Shown: positions 49,689-59,952 of the stretch, piece after piece
How positions within the stretch are numbered: the stretch's first letter is position 1
Layout of the letters: each line of letters starts with the position of its first letter
Assembly: GCA_907165135.1 (NCBI GenBank)
Contig: OU015566.1
Location: forward strand, 4,774,001 to 4,838,000
From: Oikopleura dioica
Lineage: Eukaryota > Animalia > Chordata
DNA length: 64,000 nucleotides
Direction of reading: 5' to 3'
Translations under genes and position numbers: made by a program
Notes under the pieces: model-generated
What the model was told of the DNA's origin: nothing
Database searches by the model: none
The model's input: the letters and a program-made list of their open reading frames with translations, nothing else

Positions 49689-50119
49689 ATGCTCAGTTTA
49701 ATTTTCAGAGAGCTGTTGCTTTTGATTATTCTTGTGAAAAATTCGGATGCAAGGACGATTTTGAACAAATATGGGAAGATTTACGATGAGTGGGATTATC
49801 CAATGTTTAAGCAAATTCCACGAGGTATTTTTTTTGACGAGATAAGATATTATTTTATATGATATAATAACATATTATATAATATATATAATAAATTAAT
49901 AATATTATATAATAGAATTTATATTATATTATATTTTATTTTTATAATAATTTATATAATATATATGATTAATATATAGATATTATATAATTTTTGATTC
50001 GTAACATATCTTTTTAAGAAGAAGAAAAAAGATCGACCGAGACAAGCTTCGAGAATCTACCGTGGAATACCCGAGACAGTTATTCATCGGATCCTGTCTG
50101 GCCAGATTATTTCTTCTAA
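49689..50119 (+). CDS. 78-aa secreted precursor with a dibasic cleavage site (candidate neuropeptide/hormone)
   Basis: MLSLIFRELLLLIILVKNSDA-RTILNKYGKIYDEWDYPMFKQIPR/EEEKR-STETSFENLPWNTRDSYSSDPVWPDYFF*; GT-AG intron 49825-50018 joins in frame. Confidence 0.6.
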
Positions 50120-50820
50120 AGAAAACTTTCTTTTCACATGAATAAATCTTTTTTTCAAAAAAACGTTTCTTTTAAGCCAAACGAAAATCTGACCGACTCA
50201 CTTCCTCATTTCTTTAAGAACTCACTTCAAAGCATCAGAAATTCTTTACAAGAAACGAAAAGCAAAAAATTAATCGTTGAGCAATTTCTTTCATCGAGAT
50301 GCCTGAATCATTTAAACAAATCGCGCTTGGTTCAGAACGGAAGAAAATTCTAGCAGAAGTCAACTGTTTGTAGAACAACTTAGTGTTACTATAATTTGAT
50401 TTATGCCCAAATTTGGGCATCAATGATATTCTTATTGGCGAAAAAATGCTGTAAATATTCTTTTGCGAATAATTTTCGTACCGGCACTCACGCAATACCC
50501 TCGAACTCAAAGGCTGAAATGATTCGTTTCTGATGGAATATTATCCGACAATTTCAATAAAGAAGAATCATCGGTCATTGCCGATGATAATTTATTCATT
50601 TTTTTCAGATAAAATTCGCCCAAGATCATTTTTTTGTGTCAATCACTTTTTCTGCCGACAATTTCAAAAAGACAAAATTTGATTTTTCTTGAAGAAAAAC
50701 TTCAAAAAGGACGATTTTCAAGGTAAAATTTTTAAGGTTCAATTTAGGTCGCGTACGAAATTAAATTAACAACTTAAAAACTTTTTTCATAAAAAGAAGC
50801 AAGTTTCCATTTTTTCTTCA

Positions 50821-51438
50821 GAAACGTAACTTATCGTCCCTGAATCAACTATTTGATCTGTACGTCAAAAGCCTGCCTCTATTGAACTTTGGCGCTACAA
50901 CTTCCGGCGGACGTAGACGAGCTATAAATTCGTGGAATTTTGGAATTTCATTCGAGTAGCTATTTCAGAGACAAATCAAACGTCAAACGACAAAAAGAGA
51001 GAAAAAGAATGGTCTGCAATAGCGACAGTGACTGTATGAACGATGGAGTCTGCATCGTCAGAACAGGGAGAAGAATGTGCCATTGCTCCGGTTTTTACTG
51101 GCGCACATTGTCAGGTACTGATTTTCAAGATCTTTCTCTTTACCCGATTTTCTTAGAATGATGGTTTCATGGGCCTCGGATTTGACCACAATTCGAAAAC
51201 AGTGGAATCAAAAATTGACTCAAAAATGCCAAGTATCCTCTTTTTCGTCCTTATTTTCCTCCTCGTCGGGATTATTTTTGGTCTTTTTCTTCATATCCGA
51301 CAATTGACCAAAAGAATAACAGGTGAAACAAAGATAAATTTGTAATTTTTCAACCTTTTTCAAGAGAAAAACCAGCATCTTCGAAAATATCGACAACTTT
51401 TAAGCGAAGATTCGCGAAAAGAAAGAGCTCTACCCTGA
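50821..51438 (+). CDS. EGF-domain single-pass membrane protein (EGFR-ligand-like architecture) with an apparent frameshift; 5' end uncertain
   Basis: Basic KRQKERKR, then CNSDSDCMNDGVC..CHC, then a shifted frame FTGAHCQ, then TM ILFFVLIFLLVGIIFGLFL. Confidence 0.6.
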
Positions 51439-51554
51439 ATCCCTGACCTTGAAATGTCACTTCTAGCTACTGAAGTCCTTTACCTTGACTACAGGCTGAC
51501 TAGTCATTCAGTGTGCTACTATATTTGTACTGTACAGAAGAAATGTAAATAAAA

Positions 51555-54500
51555 TCAAGAGTTTGTGAATTCTTTGATTTTTCGAATTCCATCTTCTCCG
51601 ACAATATGGGTCACTTGCTCCATCAGTTGAGGCAGCTCGTTGGCGCAGAAAGTGTAGTAGGAGTAGTATGTAAGACTTGCAAAGGCAAAGTTAGGCTCCT
51701 CTTTTTTTGAAAATAACCTTGACTTACCTAACAAGCATGAAACTGAGCGGAAACGCCCGCCGCGCAATCCTGTCAATATCTGGTTTATTGATGAAGTTCG
51801 CGATCGCATATTCAACCACCGCGGCGAAGACGTAAGCCATGCAGATCGACATCTTTTTTCAAAGGTCAGGCAAGTTCTTATTACAGCTTATTCTTTCGTG
51901 AGAAGGAAAATTGATGACCTTGCCCAAATATCGATAGACATGACATACGAAACCATTGGCAGCGCTTTTGATAACGCAGATCGCTGCGAAGTGATGGTCA
52001 AGACTGTCGTAATTCCGAGCTGAAAATAAACTCATAACCCCATCTACCGGAAGTATGTAATTAGAATGGGTCGAAGACCCATTATTCGTATAATATGCGT
52101 AAAATGGGTCCGAGACCCATTCTAGCTATAATTTTGGTAAAATGGGTCTATTTTTCAACAAAATATAAGTTTTAGTTCAATTCAACTCTATTTAACAATT
52201 AAAAACATTTCCATGACTTGGGATATGGTTTACCGTCTCACTGCCCCATTTTTAACAGACATTATCAAATCTAAGTGTCCCTTACCTGGGGCTCCGCCCC
52301 TAGGTCCTAAGATGCCGGGGTCTAGTCTAGGGTTACTTAGGGTTACTTTCAGTAACCCTAACTAACCCTAGCCTATCCCCCTCGTGTGAGGTTGTTCTGT
52401 CATTTTGCCCAGTGCCCCTAACCCTAACCTTTATTGATAAAAAGTTAATGATAATAGACTCGTTCTAGACCCATTTTAGGCATAATATAGCAATAATGGG
52501 TCTCGGACCCATTTTACGCATAATATACGAATAATGGGTCCTGTACCCATTTTAGGCTTATTATAGAATAATGGGTCTCAGACCCATTCTAATTTCAACC
52601 TTCCCATCTACCCCCTTAAATTAAGGAGGTGTCAAAAACCGAAAAAATTTCGACAAATTTTACGTGGAAATTTTCAACGAATCAGAGGCCAGAATTCCGA
52701 ATTCGGCTCACCAACCGATCAGCAGCCAAGTAGCCGCCCACGCAAAATTTTTCGAAATTTTTTTGTCGGTTCCAGACGCCACCCCTTAAATTTCTTACAG
52801 AAACTCTAGCTGGAGTCGCCGTAATCGAAATCCAAAAGCTTATCCAACTAAGCATCACAATAAGCATTGTTGGAATATACGCCTGAATCAGGTAGTAGCC
52901 CATTTGCCGGGAAAGAAAGAACTTCGCCTCGACGCAAGAAAAGCTTCCCCGAGCACATTGGCACTTTCCAATGTGCAGCCCCTCCAGCGTATGTTGTGGG
53001 AGCTCGATTTTTCGAACATTGATCGCGTCTTCGAGCCACTCGAACTGGACGTCTTCGATGCGTAGTATGGAAAAATGTTTCGGTAAAGGCGACCGAAATA
53101 TTAATCACTTTCAATGGGTCAAATATGATAAATATTTCGGCAGGCAGCCGAAAGAATTATAAAAATTAGACTCGTTATTAGGAAAAATATTTCGGTACTA
53201 ACCGAAACGAAAATCAGAATTTGATGTCTTTTGAGCAATAAAGTTTCGGCAGTTTTTTCCATTATCATCCTGATTTGCGCTGGTATGTGCATTCAATGAG
53301 TGTGCCTTATCAATTTTCACCTCAAAAATCTAGAGTTACATGTATTTTCTGTTCTCATATTCAGAAGACCATCTCTGGCTTCATTCTTTATTTCGCAAAA
53401 ATGAATGAAGCCCATGATGAAAAATAGAAATCGTAGTATTTGCTAAAATAAAGGTTAGGGTTAGGGGCACCTGCAAAAATGACGGAACAAATAACCCGAG
53501 GGGGATAGGCTAGGGTTAGTTAGGGTTACTGAAGGTAACCCTAAGTAACCCTAGCCTAGACCCCGGCATCTTAGGACCTAAGGGGCGAAGCCGCGTGGTC
53601 AGGGAAACTTAGATTCCTTGATTTACGTCATCTTGCGCGCCTTTTTTTGCCGAAATCTTATTGCTAGAAACGACCTTAAAAGTGAAAAAGATTTCGGTAG
53701 CCTGCCGAAATATTTTTGTGAAAACAGTGGAAAAAGTGAAAAAATTTCGGCTGTTACCGAAATATTAATCAGAAAATAAGCTCACCACATTTCGGCAGTT
53801 TTACCGAAACATTTTTCCATACTACCCTTCGATGTCGTAGGCGAAGGACTCGATGGTGAGGCCGCAGGTTTGGACGTCCATCGGGAAGTTTTGAAATTTC
53901 ATCCGGCAGGTTAATATTGCCGAGAGTCTTGTTAAGGGTGTCAAACTTGCTTTTTACCTCATTTTTGAAGAAAGAAAAACAACGTTCCTGATTTCATAAT
54001 GAATATTTCCGGCGCTGTCGATTCTCAACCGCTTATTATCGGAAATGATGTCATGAGTCCTTGCTGATTTCTCATTCGCGAAAAAGGGAAAGTGTCAAAC
54101 TGCGATTCTTCGTTCGCGACAAACTTTTCCCGAAAAATACTGGCCACTGATTGGCCGGTAGGCCAAATACAGGCCTCTGATTGGCTTATTTTTCTCATGG
54201 ATTTTCCATGAAAGTTTGTCGCGAACGAAGAATCGCAGTTTGACATTGGCCCCGAAAAACGTCTTGAAAAATTTCTTTTCGCTTCATTTATCCGCGAAAA
54301 CTTACCTGGGATCCAGAGTTTGTCGAGAACTTTCAAGTCGAAGTTGAGAATTGTTCGATTTCGGAAGGTTTTTTCGCCAGGAATATAGGAAAAGAGCATC
54401 CTCGGATCTTGCCACTCCATTCTTTTGGACGATTAAGAGGGATTGATTTACGAGGAAAAATTACCGTAGGATATAAGTAAGGCCGAAATCCATTGTTGTT

Positions 54501-54847
54501 TCTTCGACCGAATCGATTGAGGAGACGAAAATGTTCATTTTTACTTTTAGTGGCTTTTATGAATGGATACTAAGATTCAAGAGCTTCATCAAAAAGTTAA
54601 AGTTATTACTTCAAATCCAAAGCTTCGTAAAAACATAAAAAAAGTCCGCGAAGAATATTATGGTGTCCATTTTTCCTGAATGTCTTCATATGGCCGCGTG
54701 TTTTTGTCCATTTTACCTTGAAAAAAGTCAAGTTTTTCGTCGAAAAAAATTTTTTTTCAACTCACTGATCAAATACTCAATCGTCTCTTCTTCCGTTCTC
54801 TCGCCGAAAATTCCGCCGAAAAGAAGAAAAACTGAAAAAACTAACAT
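51555..54847 (-). CDS. Cys-loop ligand-gated anion channel subunit (GlyR/GluCl-like)
   Basis: Signal peptide; DKNTRP; WIPD.FFANEK; Cys loop CRMKFQNFPMDVQTC; GYYLIQAYIP; PARVSLGITTVLT; SIDIWMSIC; VVEYAIANF; IDRIARRAFP. Confidence 0.92.
52049..52604. mobile_element. hAT-like TIR element with 8-bp TSD (catctacc), intronic
   Basis: ggaag..aattagaatgggtc..gacccattattc TIRs; TSD at 52041-52048 and 52605-52612; internal gggtc..gaccc repeats. Confidence 0.82.
52268..52437. repeat. TTAGGG/CCCTAA-containing dispersed repeat; inverted copy at 53445-53615
   Basis: ctagggttacttagggttac..taaccctaactaaccctag; second copy in reverse orientation; each copy is nested within a TIR element. Confidence 0.8.
52625..52785. 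mobile_element. TTAA-flanked MITE
   Basis: ttaa|ggaggtgtc..gacgccacccc|ttaa. Confidence 0.75.
53061..53826. mobile_element. 766-bp TIR element with 8-bp TSD (cttcgatg) inserted in coding sequence, probably spliced as a GG-AG intron
   Basis: 26-bp TIR gtagtatggaaaaatgtttcggtaaa; TSD at 53053-53060 and 53827-53834; removal restores FAYDIEDVQFEW. Confidence 0.9.
54086..54254. mobile_element. PIF/Tourist-like MITE interrupting the WIPDVF-FANEK exon
   Basis: 34-bp perfect TIR tgtcaaactgcgattcttcgttcgcgacaaactt; GGG/CCC ends; A-run flanks consistent with a 3-bp TSD. Confidence 0.8.
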
Positions 54848-55308
54848 TTCCGCAAGTGCAACTGTATTTTGGAAGCCTGTGGGTCACTTAGGTCGATCTT
54901 TTTTTTCTTCGATATTTATATCGAAATCGTGACACAAATACATAAATAATGAGCGAAAAGAACACGAAACAAGCCATCAAATATTCTGATACGGATTTCT
55001 TTCTTTTTCACTTTTTTGAGTGATTTACTCGAATATGACATTTGTACCTTTTGATGCTAATTTATCATTAATGCAAAAACAAAAAAGTTCAGAAAGGTTC
55101 GCCCTTTTTTCTTTAGATTTTGAGTAAATAATTTATTCAATAAACTAATAGAGATAGAAATTTAAACAGTAAAAATCGGAGGCAGTAAGAGTTCTTTTTC
55201 GTATTAATGCTTGATCATGCTCCCCAGGTATACTGTCTTCCTCGGCCGAGCAGTTTTTCTTCTTGTTTCGTTGGATCCTGAAATGGCTTGAAAACGAATC
55301 AGAAGGGC

Positions 55309-56690
55309 TCAAAATACCTGATAACCAGTCGGACAAGTTTCAGCCGCAGTCAAGCAATCTCCGTTCAGAAGATCTTTGACGAGGCAAAAATTGACCTGGC
55401 AAGTTAGAGACAAGTCGGTGTTGATTTGCTCGCGGCTGAATTGAAAACTTCGGAAGCTCCAGTTGACCGCTTTGACTTGGGAAGGAGTGGAGGATTTGAG
55501 CTCGGTGCTGATGATTTTCGCGCCGCAGCCGTCTTCGATGACGGCAAAGGTCTGTTTTTGGATGAAAAATGCAAATTTGGCCAAAAATTGGTCAAAAATT
55601 TTAGTCAGGAAGAGTTTTGGTCAAAAAATTTGGTCAAAAAATAAATTTTGGTCAAAAAATAAATTTTGGTCAAAAACTTTTGGTCAAAAAATAAATTTTG
55701 GTCAAAAACTTTTGGTCAAAAAATTTTGGTCAAAAATAAATTTTGGTCAAAAAACTTTTGGTAAAAAATTTTTAGTCAAAATTATTCAACCCAATCCTGG
55801 TTGTAGTCTTCCGAAGCAATCAAACAATCTTGCAAATGGAAAAGAACCGGGAACTCGTCGGAAAAGTCCTCATTCCATTCGACCTGAAAGTTGAGCGTCT
55901 CTCCAAGAACGAGTTCAGAAGCATTGAGCGGCGTGAGAAAATCCGGCTCGAAGAAAGAAAGCGTCATCGTCTCATCCCAGGACACATCTTGGTCGATCGT
56001 CTTTTCTGCGTCGGTCCGGAAGGTCGTGACGGGACTGTAGATGCCTTTGGTCGTTTCGGACCACTGGCGGTAGTTGCAGTTGAAGACGAAATCGCCGTAC
56101 TCGCCGAAGTAGAATTGGGTGCCGCCGAAGAAGCGCATTTGGTTGCCGAAATTGAGTCTTGAGAGGGAAATTTCTGTTCTTTTCGATTAGCCAATAAGAT
56201 TGCGCGCGCGAAATTCAATCATTAAATTTCCGCCATTCCTGGAAGTAAAAGTAATGTGCATTTCTTCATCGATGTTTTTCTGCTCCGTTTCCATGCCGCA
56301 CTCGCCAAGGGGAATTCCAAAGACGAAGCCGTCGACCTTCGGGTCATACGACAAGTTGGAGTTGCAATTCGTCGCTGGAATGCTGTTGAACTCGGCTTCG
56401 GTTTTGAGCGAGATGATGGACTGGTCACCGAGAGCGAAGGAGTTGATGGCGTTTCGCTTGACGAAGCCGTGCATTGTGTTGTGAACACACTTTTTAAGAG
56501 CTCTAGAGAGGAAATTTTTATCAAAATTTAAAATATTTTTCCCGACCAATTCTTTTTTTTGAAATAATTAAAGAGCCCAGTCCTTGATGCAAATCTCTTT
56601 CTTCATGTCGCAATCATCTTTGACCACAAATTTCTTGTCGTTGAATCCGAGCGCGAAGCCGATCAAAATGCACGGAGAAAATTTCACCAT
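55309..56690 (-). CDS. Secreted ZP-domain protein
   Basis: Signal MVKFSPCILIGFALG; GIPLGECGM; VFNCNY; LGETLNFQVEW..HLQDC; VIEDGC; WSFRSFQF..LTCQVNFC; GA-AG intron 55552-55796. Confidence 0.85.
55590..55780. repeat. Intronic tandem repeat (ttttggtcaaaaa)
   Basis: About 12 imperfect 13-20-bp copies. Confidence 0.85.
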
Positions 56691-57649
56691 TTCTATTTTT
56701 TTTCTTATTTTTTTTTCTCGATAATTGGTTTATCGCACAAAAAAAGAGTGAGTACTGTGTAATCTGAAATGATTATCGTTGAGCTGACTTCACCGTTTTT
56801 TCGTTTTTGCGCAAGAGGGCGACATTTCTGTTTTTGCTAACGTGAGCCCACCCATGTCAAGGGGCATGAGATTTACTGGAATTCGGGAATCATAAGACCT
56901 ATCGCTTTATCCCTTGATCAGTTCTTCGGAGAGAGCCAAAGCTTCATGAAAGGTTCAATTTTTGTTTATGAAAAAAAGGGTTGAAATTACGTCGATGTTA
57001 CATAATTCCTCGCCATTGCTTCAGGTAAAAGCTTCTTGCAGAAAAGATATCCATGGTCAAACGTTGTTAAAAAAGCCTTAAATCGGGGTAAATTTTCTGA
57101 AAAAAAAGAAACAAGGAAATAAGAAATCAGGATTCCTTTGAGTCAGGTCCTGACTGTCAGGAGCAGGGTAGGCCGAAAGAGGTTGGGTTCTTTAAATCCC
57201 AGTTTAAGGGTGTCCACTTTGATTGGGTTAGGGTTCATCTCATGAATCCTAAATAATAAGGATTTATCTAAACCTGGTTGAAAGAAATGACTTTATTTAT
57301 GACGCGAAGGTTCCTTAATTGTTGCAGAAAAAATGCAAACATCGATGTTGACACCCTTAAGTTTAGTTAAATTTTTGCATCCAAGGGATTCTCCCAGATT
57401 TCCCTTTTTCTGTTCCCTATCTTCTTATTGCTGGAATTTTTCTTGCAATAAAAAATGAGAAAAATAAAATCTAGGTCAACAGAGCCTTAAAATAACTCGA
57501 AGCGGCGCTTTCCCAAACGTGGTAGCGTAACGTTTCCCTGTTGCCATTCAAAACAGGGAAAAATTAGACGCTCTGTTTTAGCGGCTCGTGAACCAATTCA
57601 ATCCGAAAGAGTCTAATTTTAACAAGTTTATTCACAGATTGATTTTTAT

Positions 57650-58815
57650 TTAAAGGCCGCTTCCTTCGTAAACCGGAATTCGTTTTCTGTCATTTTCACA
57701 TTGAATTTCTCGCTCGTCGAGTTCTTGTCTGTCAGACGTACTGAAGCGCACTTTGCAACCTAAAAATAAAAATTCCAAAAAGCGTCGAATTTTTACCTAA
57801 AGAAAGCTCCTGATCTGCATCAGTCGAAAATTGAAAGCTTCGATAGCTCCAGCGGACTTTGAATTTTGAAATTTCGAGAGCGACTCTAATTTTGACCCGA
57901 CGATTTTTGCCCACAGCTTTTTTGAATAATGTCGAATGATTGGCCTGATTTTTCTCGGTTACAGTACAGCTTTCGACGTAAAAGACGATCGGGAAATTGT
58001 CCTTGATTTTTTCGACCCATTCGATTTGGAAATATATTCTAAAAGAAAATCTTTAGATGAGCAAATAAGACTCGAGATCGTCGATTCTCAGCCAATCAAA
58101 TTTCTTTCTTTTACCTGTCTCCGAGAAACTGCTTCCCCGAAATTTCTCTTCTATAAGTTTCATCGTGAAAAGTCAGCTTGAAATCATTGTCCCAGCTTGA
58201 TTCCTGAGTAATGTGATTCCACGTCTCTGAAGGGCAAGTTACCTCCTTATTTGGCAATATTGATCACCTGATCCAGCCTTGTATGTTTTAAAATGCGATC
58301 TGAGGCCCTTCAAGTCTGAGAGCATCGTTGAGGCTTGTCGCCTGAAATCGCAACGGACGGAAAATTCGACTCGGCCGTTGAAGAAAATTGTTCCTTGGAT
58401 ATCTTTCTTCGGAAGGACTCCGAGTTGGACAACTGTGCTGAAGGTAATCAGGTCTTCTTTGACTTCTAGGTCTAGGCCACAGGTTCCTTTCTGAGGCTCG
58501 TTATGTTTTTCTTTGGAAAAATAAGGATAACACTCTCTTTCCCTAATTCTAGAGCCCTTTTCCTAAGGGTACTTCCAAGGTATATCCATCCACAATCTCA
58601 TTATACCCAAATCTCCCTCGACATTCTTCTACCAATCTGCTATTGACAGTCACTGCCGACGCGGACATCAGCTGATTCGTCGCCGTCGCATTAGCTACAT
58701 ATTCTCTATCGACAAAAACGTTGAATTGCTCCTTATCACAGCGCAGGCAAAAGGTGGTTTGCTTGTTGCAGGTTCTAGCAAAAATCTCTAGAAAAAGAAA
58801 GGCAATTAATTTCAT
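57650..58815 (-). CDS. Secreted ZP-like protein, divergent paralog
   Basis: MKLIAFLFLEIFA; CDKEQFNVFVD; GTCGL; FSVRCDF; WSYRSFQFS..LSLGCKVRF. Confidence 0.7.
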
Positions 58816-59952
58816 TTTCTCGCATTGGGCTCGGTGGGAACGAAGCTTTCTATTTTTTGGTCTTCCTCATGCTGTCGATGGGATTAAAAAAGATTTAAAT
58901 AGATCAAGAGTGTTCAACGATGGTCTATTTAAAAAAGGATCATTCTATTTTGGCCTCAATACCTAGTAATGAAATGAATTGAGCTTCGAAAATTTTAAGG
59001 GTCATCCTTAATTTAACGATCTAATGGTGATCATCCGCAGATTTTTCGCTTTTGAAATTTTTCGACATTAATTGATCTTCGCTCATGAATGGGATAAAAA
59101 AATGCAAGAATGCAATTTGAATTTTTCTTTTGAAAAATCCAAGTTGACCAATAATCATTCCCTTGCTTTTCGGTCTCCCTTTTCTTTGTCTTATCAAGAT
59201 TGATTAATTATAATTAAGGGGAAAATTTTTCGGAAAAACCATAAATATTTTTCAAATTTCAATAATCGGTGTTTTCGAAGTCTGAAAATTAGCGAACGGA
59301 ACAGAAAATAACGTGTAACACTGTCGTGGCTTGTAGAGTGCCCGAATTAGCTTTATAACTTTAACCTTACGACCACAAATTTCTCATATATAATAGCTCC
59401 TCATAACTAATTAGTCATAAATTATTAGTCAAAAGCTATTTTTTGATAAATAAATCTCTAGGATCCTAAGGGTATATGAGCAGAAAACGCTGTTTGAAAT
59501 TTTGTGTTTGTCGAAGTGGAGATCCTTAATTTCAGGGAGAATCGATTCTTCGAATATTTGAAAAGAAATCATCGGCAAAAATCTGTCAAAGGAATCAACT
59601 CCTTTGGTGGTCTTCCAAAATTAAATGTCAAATATCGCGCGATTCTTGTTTTCCGTCACTAGAAAAAGATCGGTAAAGAAAGAGAAGTGTGAGTTCTGCC
59701 ACGGGGCGGGTTATTCAGTCCGAGGAGATTATCTTATCGTCTTTTAAACTCGTTAAACTTAGGAAGAAATTTTCCCCGGGCTGAGTTTCAATCTTAGTCA
59801 GAATATAAAATGAGCAGACTCAGTCACTCAGGCTGAATAATCGATCGAACGTGTGTTGCGCTGAGTGCGGTGCGTGTTCAAGTAGCCGGCTGATTTTTTT
59901 TTCGACGGTAAAACAAGAAAAACAAGAAAACAGAGAAAAAACAAAAATCAAA

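Noticed and set aside
52268-53615. TTAGGG motifs as telomere or interstitial telomeric array
   Set aside because: Only a few degenerate units embedded in a dispersed repeat; also a short instance near 24490.
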